Below, one piece after another: positions 49,443 through 59,721 of a stretch of 64,000 bases of DNA. The notes beneath the pieces are model-generated. The model saw nothing but the letters and a program-made list of their open reading frames with translations. It had not been told where the DNA came from and made no database searches. Both the position numbers and the translations under genes were made by a program. Origin of the DNA: Candidatus Cloacimonadota bacterium (GTDB lineage: Bacteria; Cloacimonadota; Cloacimonadia; JGIOTU-2). The DNA lies in assembly GCA_049903315.1 (NCBI GenBank), contig JBNGBT010000001.1, forward strand, positions 96,001 through 160,000, written 5' to 3'. The stretch's first letter is position 1; every line of letters begins with the position of its first letter.

Positions 49443-52286
49443 ATGAAAAAATATTATATTCTTCTTCTATTATTATTCATTCCAATATATGGATTTGCCC
49501 AGTCCAATATTGTTGCAGAAGTCGCAGGAGAACCCCTTACATGGCTTGAGTTGCAAAACCGCTATGAAAAGGTCTGGCAGGAATATTTGCATGATCCCTC
49601 TTCTTATCCTGAAGTTTCACAAAAATCAATTCATGAGGATCTGAAAAAAATAGCTCTTGATCAGATTATTATAGAACGCCTGTTTGAAATTTATGCTGAC
49701 GAGAACAATATCTTCATTAATGATGAAGAATTGGAAACAATTTTTAAGCAAATTTATTCTGACAATGCACTTTTCCTCACAGATGGTTATTTTGACGAGA
49801 CAAAATTCCAGCGCTTTAAAATGCAGTACTCGAAGCGGTATCATGAGATCATAGACCGAATTCGTGAAGATGTGCTCGATGATAAGATCAAAGAGATAAT
49901 TAAGGAGCAATTTTATCTAAATGATAGAGAATTATACGAAGCCTATATACGTGACAATTCGAGGATACAGCTAAAATATCTCATTGTTCCGGACAGCCTG
50001 ATGCCTACGAATTTTCCATCAAGTCCCGCTTATGTGAAGGAATTCCATAAAGCGCATAAGTACTCATATCAATCACCGGATATGGTGCGCCTTGGGATAA
50101 TATATATACAGGACGATGAATTTTATCCATCATCAAAACCATACTACAAGCATGTTCCGGCATATCGCAAAAATGCTCATGCCCAGTCACGAATTTATGC
50201 AGAGCAATTAGCTGATCTGCTCAATTCCGGATATGTTGAAAATAGTCCAATTTTCAGAGCCCATTATGTGTTCGAGACTGGATACCTGGAAAAAAGCGAT
50301 CATATTGGGAAGATGAGACATAGTGATGAGATAATTAAAAAAGCATTGCGTTTGCCCCCGGGAAGGTATTATTCGTCTCCAATCGAGCAGGAGAATGGCT
50401 GGATAATTTTTAAATCCTTAGGGAAAAAGGGAGGAGGGATTGCTGATTTTGAGGATGCAGCGCTACCTATCTGGAAGGATTATATTTCAGTTGGGCGAGA
50501 TTATTATTTTGATAGTGAAACAGAAAGCTATTTTAATAACAATATCGAACATGAGCTCCTCTTCGAAGTTGATGTGAGTTATATCAGTTTTGATGCTGAA
50601 GATCTTCAGATAGATATGCAATTTTCCGAGGACTCTTTATGGAATTATTACGAATATAATCTTGAGGAATTTGTTACTGTGCGGGATACAATGCCCTTTG
50701 AAAAAGTCCGTGAAGATATTGTAGAGGAACTTACCAAAAAAGCGAAAAGGAAGCTGGCAGACTCGACGATAACGTGCATTAAGCAAAGAGTTTGCGAGCA
50801 TGATTTCCTTATGAGTTATCCTGGTGCTGAGATCAAATTATTCCAAAAATATATCGAGAATATGCCTTATTACAGAGAGCCATATCCTCTCATTCAGGAT
50901 ACTATTTTTAAAACACCGGTCGATTCTATGTTCTTTACAAAAAAAGGAACACGGTATGTAATCGGATTGGTGAATGACAGACGGCTTGTCCTTTCGCGGG
51001 ATAAAAAATTACTCAAAGATGAAGTGCAGAGTCTTCTTGAAAATAAATGGGATACAGATTGGCAGAACGGATTTCAAGAATATTATTCTCAAAATAAAAA
51101 TGCTTATTTTGAACCGAATCTTTATAGATTCTCATATATTTTTATACCAATTGATACATCGCAGGTAATCATAGATTCATCAGATGCTATAAAATATTTT
51201 TCTGATAATATAGATAAGTTTATACAATCCAATCTTGTGAAGTTGCAAACAATTTTCATACCGGAAAATCCTATGATGTATCAAAAAATTCAAGACATTC
51301 TGGATGCAATGCATGCCGGAGTAGATTTTAAGATCATATCAGAGATGTATTATCAACCTCATTCATTAATTGAAAAGGATAATAAATTCATAAGTATAAA
51401 CGATCTCAACGAGTTGATCTATTCATGTGTGGATACTCTTGGAATAAATGAAATCTCATCTCCGATCTACACAGATGAGGGATGTTTCTTCATCAAATTA
51501 ATTGATAAAGAAAAAAATGATGAAAATATTTTTGAATTGAAAAAGTCCCAGGTATATTATGAAATGAAGCTTCCCATCGCAGACAGCATTGCTTACCGAA
51601 CTATAAATGCCATTTATGATAATATTTCCAGCAATCGAGATATGCTGTTCAATACCCATCATGAGAATACATTTTATACTGATTACATGGAATTGAACGA
51701 TGAATACACTGTAATAGATAGCTTGATCACTGTACCGAAACGCGAATATGATGAGTTGAATTCTACAAGAATTGGTAATAAATTCCCCAAGATCTTCACT
51801 GTCGAAGGAGGATATGTGATCCTTTTTCTTGAGGATAAGGTTACTGGTAAGAAGATAGAAGGATACGATGCCTATACGAAAGCGCGCAATCAATTTCTTT
51901 CTAAACTGCAATTTGATGAAGGGAAAATTTTCACAGAATATCTCACACTGGAGCTTATGAACAGGCAGAAAGGCTATTTGACCTATATTTTCGGAGGATT
52001 GCGAGAAACTCCACTTATAAGTTATGATGATATGATAAACAATCTGCCGGGCAGCAATGTGATTGTCCGCAGCGCTTTTACAAAGGAACCATATACATAC
52101 AGTCACCCCATACGATTTACTGATTATGGTTGGGGATTCTATTACATTGCAAAAAAGGAAGTTGAAACTCCACAGGATTTTGAATCTATCAAGCATGAGT
52201 ATCGTCAGGAATATGCTGAAAAGAAGTTCAGAAGCTGGATTGATAACTATATGGTGCAGAAACAAGTAAGGATATTTGTACAGTAA
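49443..52286 (+). CDS. Large SurA/PpiD-like periplasmic chaperone with repeated parvulin-like modules
   Basis: Signal peptide, SurA_N-like VAEVAGEPLT..., repeated YY..N...F and S.PI....G..I motifs. Confidence 0.7.
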   Translation: MKKYYILLLLLFIPIYGFAQSNIVAEVAGEPLTWLELQNRYEKVWQEYLHDPSSYPEVSQKSIHEDLKKIALDQIIIERLFEIYADENNIFINDEELETIFKQIYSDNALFLTDGYFDETKFQRFKMQYSKRYHEIIDRIREDVLDDKIKEIIKEQFYLNDRELYEAYIRDNSRIQLKYLIVPDSLMPTNFPSSPAYVKEFHKAHKYSYQSPDMVRLGIIYIQDDEFYPSSKPYYKHVPAYRKNAHAQSRIYAEQLADLLNSGYVENSPIFRAHYVFETGYLEKSDHIGKMRHSDEIIKKALRLPPGRYYSSPIEQENGWIIFKSLGKKGGGIADFEDAALPIWKDYISVGRDYYFDSETESYFNNNIEHELLFEVDVSYISFDAEDLQIDMQFSEDSLWNYYEYNLEEFVTVRDTMPFEKVREDIVEELTKKAKRKLADSTITCIKQRVCEHDFLMSYPGAEIKLFQKYIENMPYYREPYPLIQDTIFKTPVDSMFFTKKGTRYVIGLVNDRRLVLSRDKKLLKDEVQSLLENKWDTDWQNGFQEYYSQNKNAYFEPNLYRFSYIFIPIDTSQVIIDSSDAIKYFSDNIDKFIQSNLVKLQTIFIPENPMMYQKIQDILDAMHAGVDFKIISEMYYQPHSLIEKDNKFISINDLNELIYSCVDTLGINEISSPIYTDEGCFFIKLIDKEKNDENIFELKKSQVYYEMKLPIADSIAYRTINAIYDNISSNRDMLFNTHHENTFYTDYMELNDEYTVIDSLITVPKREYDELNSTRIGNKFPKIFTVEGGYVILFLEDKVTGKKIEGYDAYTKARNQFLSKLQFDEGKIFTEYLTLELMNRQKGYLTYIFGGLRETPLISYDDMINNLPGSNVIVRSAFTKEPYTYSHPIRFTDYGWGFYYIAKKEVETPQDFESIKHEYRQEYAEKKFRSWIDNYMVQKQVRIFVQ

Positions 52287-52364
52287 GCATGCAAAAGCGT
52301 AAAACTTGACAGCATACAGATGGATAAAAAAACAGTGTCTATCGCCATTTTTTTTACAAAGGTT

Positions 52365-52440
52365 GCCGGGATAGCTCAGACGGTAGAGCAGGGGCCTGAA
52401 AAGCCCTGTGTCCGTGGTTCAATTCCGCGTCCCGGCACCA
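52365..52440 (+). tRNA. tRNA-Phe (GAA)
   Basis: Cloverleaf: acceptor GCCGGGA/TCCCGGC, D arm GCTC/GAGC, anticodon loop CTGAAAA, T loop TTCAATT, encoded CCA. Confidence 0.97.
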
Positions 52441-52459
52441 TTTTTTTTATCTACAAATC

Positions 52460-53404
52460 ATGGCAATAATCGCTATTACGATCGGAGATCCCGCAGGCAT
52501 AGGTCCTGAAATCGTTCTTAAGGTGCTGGAAAGAAATCCCTTTGATCATACGATCATCCTTTACGGTGCTTTCCCCAAGAATATGATCATCCCGAAATTC
52601 TCAGAGATACATGAAGTTAATGATATAAAGGATATCGGCAAGGGAATTTTTAGGATGCAATCCAAAGAGGATGCCAATTTTATCTCCGGTAAACCATCAA
52701 AAGAGAGCGGTATCGTGGCGTATAATGCCATAAAAAAAGCCGGCGAACATGCACTCGAGGGTTTCATAGATGCGGTTGTAACAGCGCCAATAAGCAAGCA
52801 TTATATTCAGCTTTCTCATTCGGATTTTATTGGACACACAGAATTCTTTGCTCATCAAGCTCAATGTCCTGAGGTTATGATGAGTTTTTTTAGTGAAAAA
52901 TTGAATGTTGCTTTGCTGACAACACATTGTGCACTATGCGAGGTCTCTTCCTATCTAAATATTGAAAATGTGATTGACAAAATTCATATTATTAATAATT
53001 CTTTGAAGAAATTTTTCCATATTACAAAACCAAAATTAGCACTACTCGGACTTAATCCCCATGCAAGCGAAGATGGTGCTTTCGGAAATGAAGAGTTAGA
53101 TACTTTAAAACCGACTATTGATATACTCAGAACTCAAGGTGTTGAAATCGATGGTCCGTATCCAGCTGATACTTTTTTTGCGGGGAATTATCACAAGTAC
53201 GATATGATAATTTCTGCCTATCATGATCAGGCTTTGATACCATTTAAAATGCTGTCCTTCGATACAGGGGTCAATGTCACTCTTGGTTTACCTTACATCC
53301 GGACTTCTGTAGATCATGGCACAGCTTTTGACATTGCCGGCAAAAATTTAGCATCAGAACAAAGCCTGTTAAGTGCGATCGAACTCGCTGAAAAAATGCT
53401 TTGA
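52460..53404 (+). CDS. pdxA: 4-hydroxythreonine-4-phosphate dehydrogenase
   Basis: GDPAGIGPE, GHTE, NPHA.E.G.FG.EE, YHDQ, RTSVDHGTAFDIAG. Confidence 0.95.
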   Translation: MAIIAITIGDPAGIGPEIVLKVLERNPFDHTIILYGAFPKNMIIPKFSEIHEVNDIKDIGKGIFRMQSKEDANFISGKPSKESGIVAYNAIKKAGEHALEGFIDAVVTAPISKHYIQLSHSDFIGHTEFFAHQAQCPEVMMSFFSEKLNVALLTTHCALCEVSSYLNIENVIDKIHIINNSLKKFFHITKPKLALLGLNPHASEDGAFGNEELDTLKPTIDILRTQGVEIDGPYPADTFFAGNYHKYDMIISAYHDQALIPFKMLSFDTGVNVTLGLPYIRTSVDHGTAFDIAGKNLASEQSLLSAIELAEKML

Positions 53405-54015
53405 TGATTTCTGAATATAAGCATTTTCCTGAATATAAAAAAATAATAGGCATCGACGAAGCAGGAAGGGGACCAATAGCCGGTCCGGTTGTTGTCGCTG
53501 CGGTAATACTACCAACAATTTCAGTAATTCATGATTTGGATGATTCAAAAAAACTCTCTGCAAGAAAACGGGAAGAACTATATCAGAAAATAGTTTCACA
53601 AGCGCTTCATTACCAATTCAAGGTTATCGACCACTCAATAATAGATGAGATAAATATTCTCCAGGCAACATTTATGGGTATGAATGAGTTATTATTGCCA
53701 CATTTAACCTCACCTTTCTTAGCTCTCATTGACGGACCTTACCTGCCTAAAAAGGGTCAAGAAAAGGATTTTAATCTGGCGATGAAATCTGTTGTAAAGG
53801 GTGACAGTACTTATAAATGTATTGCAGCTGCGTCTATAATTGCAAAAGTGGTTCGGGATTCCATCATGGATAATTACCATCAAAAATATCCTCAATATGA
53901 TTTTATTCATAACAAAGGGTATCCGACAAAAAAGCATAAGCTGGCACTTGTACAATATGGCATATGCCCGATCCACAGGCAAACTTTCGCACCAGTAAAG
54001 GAATTGGTAAAATAA
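53404..54015 (+). CDS. rnhB: Ribonuclease HII
   Basis: GIDEAGRGP, DDSKKL, KGD...IAAASIIAKV.RD, KGYPT...HR..F. Confidence 0.96.
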   Translation: MISEYKHFPEYKKIIGIDEAGRGPIAGPVVVAAVILPTISVIHDLDDSKKLSARKREELYQKIVSQALHYQFKVIDHSIIDEINILQATFMGMNELLLPHLTSPFLALIDGPYLPKKGQEKDFNLAMKSVVKGDSTYKCIAAASIIAKVVRDSIMDNYHQKYPQYDFIHNKGYPTKKHKLALVQYGICPIHRQTFAPVKELVK

Positions 54016-54133
54016 TCCCCTAATGGCTTTCCGGGAAGAACTCAGTTTTTTGAAAAACAGTATCTTTCAAAAAAATTGACATGGAGACTTTTTTTTATCT
54101 TTTTGCCTTAATAAATAAAATAGCGGAGGTGCT

Positions 54134-56743
54134 ATGAAAAATTATAAGATATTTATTATATTAATTTTATTAGTATTACTATCAAGTTTGTTACATGCTC
54201 AGGGTGCATGGCATCCTGAAAAAACGTATTGGCCGAGAACGCTTATAGACAGCAGTCAAGCGGCTATTGATTATGTGAGAACTCGAGTAACTGTAGAACC
54301 TTACCTCTCAATATATAACAATATAAAAATCAAATCTGATGTTGATTATGCGACCTGTACATCAGAGCTTCAAAAAGCAGTTGTTGCACGTTGTGCTGCA
54401 TTTCGATTCTTTATTGATGAAGTCACGGAGTACGGGGATAAAGCTGTTGATTATCTCCTCGTAATGCAGCGGGAATCATACACAAGTGTTGATGAACAAT
54501 ACAAAAATATTCTCTGGGATTCAGAGATGCTTTCTTTGGCAAGCATCGCATACGATTTTTTAAAGGGAAATGATTACAATTTTGCCGGTGATGAAGCAGC
54601 GGTGCGTGCAAAGATCCAGGATATTGCTGCAGAGATGTACTTTGATCTTGTATCGAGTTCTCAGTGGACAGGGCTACATCTTCTTTGGTACGTGGGTTTT
54701 GGAGAACAGATCAACTATGGGGTGAAATTCGCCTCTGCCCTCGGTATGTGTGCAATTGTGCTGAACACAGAAACATCAGGCGATACGGATAAACAACCGC
54801 AAACCTGGATCGATTATACCATGCAAAAAACAAATCTTCAGTTCACTGACTGGCTTGTAAATGAGCAGGGCATGTGGGCAGAAGGTCCGCACTATCTCAC
54901 TTTCACTGCTTCAAGTTTTTTACCCTTTGCAATTTCTCATAATAATTTTGTGAATGGTGAATCTGAAAACTATGGTGGTGAGATATTACCACCCCTCACT
55001 CAAAATGATAATTTTCATGAAATACCATATTGGGGAATAAAAATAAGACAGCCAAACGGCGCTCGTCCAAATTTTGATGATAGTTTTCTAAATCCGTATT
55101 TCTTCAACGGGATGCTTGCACCTATATATAATGATGATGTGCTTGAGTGGGATTACGTTCATAGTGCAGAGCCAGATTTTGTTGGTGCCACATCACAGAA
55201 TATTGATGTAGAAGTGATTTGTACGGATTATCAAACCGTATTTCCGGGAACAACACCTCCCGATTTTCCTCCTACTCAGATCATGCCCGATGCAGGACAG
55301 GCAGTATTTCGCAGCGACTGGGGAGAAGATGCCGTTTATATGTGTGCCCTTGCCGAGAACGGACAAGCCCGGGAAGGCGGTCACACACACGAACACCCCG
55401 ATAACGGCAGCTTTATTATCTATGCGCTGGGAGAACTTCTCGCAATGGATTCCGGCTATATCAGCTGGGAAAAAAGAGATAGTGTCCGTTACGCAAAAAA
55501 TCATAGTATGATATTGGTCGATGGAGAAGGTCCACCAGCTGCTACACTCACTACTGCAGAAGGAACAGATGCAACCATTGGTATCTACTATGACACTGAT
55601 GGCTTGGATTGTGCACAGATAGTAACCAATTATCAGGATACAGATTTTTTCCGAATATTCACATTCATTAACGATTCTTATTTCACAATAACAGATATGA
55701 TCGGATCATCATCAACTCATGATTATTCATTTCTCCTTCATGGAAACGGCGGCGGGTCAACTGGGAACGGTTTCTCCCTTGGCACAAACGGTTCTGTATA
55801 TTCTGTTAATGATGTCGACCTGAATTTCTTTATCAATTCCGCACATCCGATCAATCTTGATAATTACGATGACTATCATGATGATGGAACCTATGATGTG
55901 CCGGCAACTCATACCGTTACACGAGCCCAGATAAATGCTCAATTTGGACTTATTACCTCATTCCTTATTCCTACACCTGCAACAACAAAAGATGTTGTGT
56001 ATACTCCAATAAACACTGATAGCACTTGTGGCGGTTCTTTAGAAATCGGGAGCGAGAAAGTAATTCATATGGGAAATGGTTCCAACTCTTTGCAGACTGT
56101 AGATTTTTTTGGAACTTCTTTAGAGTATGATGCATTGGTCCTTCACGTTGCTCAGAACGGAGATATTCCAAGAAATATTCAGCTCACTTCTGGTCAAACC
56201 TTCAATTATGGCAGCACTCCACTCATTTGCTGTGATGTTGACAACATGATTGCTTTGAATATTGGCGCGGCATCTGCTGACGGATATGTGGAAGAAGCAT
56301 GTACTATTGAATTTTATACCGGAAATGAGCCCACATCAGTGGAGGGCGGTACTTTGCTCGGATTCTCACAAGGTGTTTCAACCATTTCATTCGACTATTC
56401 AAGCAATTTCACAATTGATGTAGTCTGGTCACTGGACTATGCAGTAAATCCTGATCCCTCACAAAATACCTATGATGTATCGGTTTATCCAAATCCCTTT
56501 AATCAAACAAATGAAATTTCTTTTACTCTGGTTGTTCCACAAAATGTTAAAATTGAAGTATTTAATCTTAAGGGTCAAAAAGTTACTGTTCTTACGAACG
56601 AAGATTATGGAATTGGTTCTCATTCAGTAATTTGGGATGGAAAAAACCAGTCCGGCAAGAAGGTGGCTAATGGAACATATTTATATAAAATACATTTTGA
56701 AAAAGGTGATACAATATTAAGAAAAGTAAATATCCTAAAATAG
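54134..56743 (+). CDS. Secreted heparinase II/III-like polysaccharide lyase with C-terminal T9SS/FlgD-Ig sorting domain
   Basis: Signal peptide, WAEGPHY, HEHPDNGSF, DSGY, HSMILVDG; C-terminal YPNPFN...NLKGQ...WDG. Confidence 0.78.
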   Translation: MKNYKIFIILILLVLLSSLLHAQGAWHPEKTYWPRTLIDSSQAAIDYVRTRVTVEPYLSIYNNIKIKSDVDYATCTSELQKAVVARCAAFRFFIDEVTEYGDKAVDYLLVMQRESYTSVDEQYKNILWDSEMLSLASIAYDFLKGNDYNFAGDEAAVRAKIQDIAAEMYFDLVSSSQWTGLHLLWYVGFGEQINYGVKFASALGMCAIVLNTETSGDTDKQPQTWIDYTMQKTNLQFTDWLVNEQGMWAEGPHYLTFTASSFLPFAISHNNFVNGESENYGGEILPPLTQNDNFHEIPYWGIKIRQPNGARPNFDDSFLNPYFFNGMLAPIYNDDVLEWDYVHSAEPDFVGATSQNIDVEVICTDYQTVFPGTTPPDFPPTQIMPDAGQAVFRSDWGEDAVYMCALAENGQAREGGHTHEHPDNGSFIIYALGELLAMDSGYISWEKRDSVRYAKNHSMILVDGEGPPAATLTTAEGTDATIGIYYDTDGLDCAQIVTNYQDTDFFRIFTFINDSYFTITDMIGSSSTHDYSFLLHGNGGGSTGNGFSLGTNGSVYSVNDVDLNFFINSAHPINLDNYDDYHDDGTYDVPATHTVTRAQINAQFGLITSFLIPTPATTKDVVYTPINTDSTCGGSLEIGSEKVIHMGNGSNSLQTVDFFGTSLEYDALVLHVAQNGDIPRNIQLTSGQTFNYGSTPLICCDVDNMIALNIGAASADGYVEEACTIEFYTGNEPTSVEGGTLLGFSQGVSTISFDYSSNFTIDVVWSLDYAVNPDPSQNTYDVSVYPNPFNQTNEISFTLVVPQNVKIEVFNLKGQKVTVLTNEDYGIGSHSVIWDGKNQSGKKVANGTYLYKIHFEKGDTILRKVNILK

Positions 56744-56751
56744 GAGAATAT

Positions 56752-59721
56752 ATGAAAAAAAATTATTTCTTTCTGCTCCTTTCAGTCCTGCTACTGATTT
56801 TTAGTTCATGTACGATAAAGAAATGGGATCCACCGGAATGGGATGTCACTCTGGAAATTCCCTTGATCAATGAACGGGTCTACATGCATGAACTAGAAGA
56901 TACGACAGACACCTATATTATTCGATTGGATAATGACACACTCTTCTTTTCGATGTCTGAGGACATAGAGTCCAAAAATGTGGGTGATGAGCTCAGGGTT
57001 GACGGTAAAACAGAAACCATGGATAAAGAGATCGGAAACGAGCTTGAGATCGACGGTCGAGACGAAAACTTCAAGGTGAGCGTGGGTGATAAACTCAATA
57101 TAGATGAACAGGCACAGTATTTTGAGCGATCCCTGGACAAGATTGAAGTTGATGAAACCGGTAATTCTTATTCAGAAGTATTTGTTCTTGCTTTTGCACG
57201 ATCTCAAATCCCCGGCGCAGGCCCGATCTATAATACGGCAATTCCCCCAATTTATAATTTTCCCCCCATTGACACGAGTTTCTCTGTTTTTGAAAACGCC
57301 AATATTGAGTACGTGATCATTGATTCAGGTTTTGCATATATCAATTTTACCAATAATACTGAATTTCCACTTAGTTCTACAAACCCGAATTACTACATGA
57401 GTCTCGCGATCTACAGTGGGGGACTACCCAGCCTTGAGGAACCGATTATTACTTATGAGATCGATCATCCTATTGCACCTGGAGCAACAGAACATATTGA
57501 GTTGGATCTTGCTGGTGCCCAAGTTTATCATGATAATTATCTTCGTGTACTCCTTTCTACAGATGGCACAGGCGGTCAACCGGTGGATGTGCTCGAGGAT
57601 CATAATTTCTATGTCACATTCAGTGTCTCCGAAATGCTTGTGAGTGAAGCAAGTGCAAAACTCCCAGAAGAGAGGATCAATCATATCGAAGCCATCTCTA
57701 TCGAGGATGCTGCACAGGAAATCTCGCTAGTCTCAGCCGTGATAGATAGTTGTGATGGGAATATTCATGTTGATAATAATTTGCCGATCAGTGCTCGTCT
57801 CACTGTCGAATTCATGGAACTTTTCGATGATATTGGAAATCCATTTAAGATCATATTCAATATCGACGCTAGCTCTCTTGATAATAATTATCCGTTTGAT
57901 CTGAGCGGGTATGAAATATATTCAAATCGAGAGGATGTCCTTGATTCACTTCATTTCTCTTATAAAATCAGAACAGATTCCACAGAAAATTATGTGACAA
58001 TAGCAGAAAATATGACTGTTTCAACAGAAGTTACTCTTGGTGAAATGAAGTTCAGTGAAGTGACAGGCTACCTTGTTCAAACATTCACTCAAAATGATTC
58101 CCTTTCTCTTGCAGATGCAACGGATAAAATACTTCTTCAGGAAGCAAACATACGAAGTGGAATGATGAACATTGATATCTCAGGCCTGCCATTTGATCCA
58201 CAAATTTCGATCGTATTCGATGAACTGAGAGACCAGTTTAACGATCCTGTACATATTACAAACGCCGATTTTCCCGGGTATAATTTTGCTGATCATAAAA
58301 TCCTTCTCTGGGAAGATCAAATGGTGCATTATCATGTTGAAGTTGATATGCCAAATTCCGAACTGATAACTGTTTCCAAAGACGATTCTATTCACGCAAA
58401 CATTCATTTAAGCGAGTTGATATTTGAGAGTATTATTGGCAAATTTAATCAAATGGTCATTGAAGATCAGAAATCAGTTGCTGTGGATTCGACTGGTGAA
58501 TATTCTCTCGCATTTGCAGAAATTGATAGCTGTGATGTTCATGTCAGTATACCTGCAGCGCATTATACGTTGCCTTTTGGTGCGCAGATTAGAGTGAAAT
58601 TCCATGAGATATTTGATGCGTTCGGTGATACGCTCATTCTCAATCTGTCCTGTCCTGGTGACACCATGCTTAGCTTTGCCGATCATACGATAGGTGATGA
58701 TCCCTTCTCTACATCACTCATTGATTCACTTCATTATTCCTATGTCGTCACAACAGAACCTACTGCAGGATATGTGACGGTATATTATGAAGATGAAGTA
58801 AGAGCTGAGATCGAGTTGGCTGAAATGGTGTTCAATAGTATAAAAGGTATTATCAATCATAAACATTTCGATATGGATGATATTGAAGAAGAACTTGATA
58901 TCGAAGATCTGCCGGATAGTATTGCAAATGTGCTGACATTCCAGAATGCTGAGCTTCATCTCGATGTGTATAACGGCACCGGCTTTAACTGCTGGCTGAA
59001 TATCGATATGATCGGAAGTAATCCCGACGGTGATACTGCAATTGTTCATATTGATGAAACAAGCGGGGTAATCCTTCCAAATCAGATGAACCATATTGTC
59101 ATAACTGAAGGGGTATCTGAAATGTTGAGCATTGTACCGACACATGTATCAGCGACAAATCCTTATGCGATAATCGGCAACGGATTTACAATCGGGGAAA
59201 TCACGAAGAATGATTCCATCAGCGGATCTTATACGATCGAGACTCCTTTCAAATTTATTATTAATAACCATACGGTAAAACTAAGCAAACTCACGCATCA
59301 GGAAATCGCTGAAGACACCAGAAACCTCATCCGAGATAATTTAAATGGTGTGCTCCTTAATCTTACAGCAGAAAATCTCCTGCCTTTTGGTTCTAACCTC
59401 GAACTCTGGTTTTCAGCAGATTCAACGCAAGTGTGGACCAATCCGGAACTCGTAATCGATTCATTCTATGTTGCCCCTGCCACGATCGACCCGATTCATC
59501 ATACAAGTGGTGAAATGGTAACAAGTACGATTGAAGTGCTTCTCGATCAAGAGCATGGAGATTTCTCGGTCTTTGAAAACCCTGATGTCTATATCGGCAC
59601 AAGAATGCATATCATCGGAACAGGGGGTGAAGTCGTGATCATCAGAGGATCAGACAATCTCAGGATTTTTGGGTATGCGTCTGTGGATGTTCATATTCAG
59701 GAAGCAGGGGGTGAGAAATGA
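56752..59721 (+). CDS. Large acidic beta-rich lipoprotein with internal repeats (989 aa)
   Basis: FSS-C lipobox; repeated IDSC/IDSG...DSLH.SY...F..I.G modules. Confidence 0.8.
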   Translation: MKKNYFFLLLSVLLLIFSSCTIKKWDPPEWDVTLEIPLINERVYMHELEDTTDTYIIRLDNDTLFFSMSEDIESKNVGDELRVDGKTETMDKEIGNELEIDGRDENFKVSVGDKLNIDEQAQYFERSLDKIEVDETGNSYSEVFVLAFARSQIPGAGPIYNTAIPPIYNFPPIDTSFSVFENANIEYVIIDSGFAYINFTNNTEFPLSSTNPNYYMSLAIYSGGLPSLEEPIITYEIDHPIAPGATEHIELDLAGAQVYHDNYLRVLLSTDGTGGQPVDVLEDHNFYVTFSVSEMLVSEASAKLPEERINHIEAISIEDAAQEISLVSAVIDSCDGNIHVDNNLPISARLTVEFMELFDDIGNPFKIIFNIDASSLDNNYPFDLSGYEIYSNREDVLDSLHFSYKIRTDSTENYVTIAENMTVSTEVTLGEMKFSEVTGYLVQTFTQNDSLSLADATDKILLQEANIRSGMMNIDISGLPFDPQISIVFDELRDQFNDPVHITNADFPGYNFADHKILLWEDQMVHYHVEVDMPNSELITVSKDDSIHANIHLSELIFESIIGKFNQMVIEDQKSVAVDSTGEYSLAFAEIDSCDVHVSIPAAHYTLPFGAQIRVKFHEIFDAFGDTLILNLSCPGDTMLSFADHTIGDDPFSTSLIDSLHYSYVVTTEPTAGYVTVYYEDEVRAEIELAEMVFNSIKGIINHKHFDMDDIEEELDIEDLPDSIANVLTFQNAELHLDVYNGTGFNCWLNIDMIGSNPDGDTAIVHIDETSGVILPNQMNHIVITEGVSEMLSIVPTHVSATNPYAIIGNGFTIGEITKNDSISGSYTIETPFKFIINNHTVKLSKLTHQEIAEDTRNLIRDNLNGVLLNLTAENLLPFGSNLELWFSADSTQVWTNPELVIDSFYVAPATIDPIHHTSGEMVTSTIEVLLDQEHGDFSVFENPDVYIGTRMHIIGTGGEVVIIRGSDNLRIFGYASVDVHIQEAGGEK

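Noticed and set aside
51498..52265. 255-aa minus-strand ORF (also 46484..47110 and 25419..26060)
   Set aside because: Entirely antisense to well-supported genes and without recognisable motifs.
52365..52460. tRNA as integration site of a genomic island
   Set aside because: No duplicated tRNA 3' end noticed, no integrase, and housekeeping genes on both sides.
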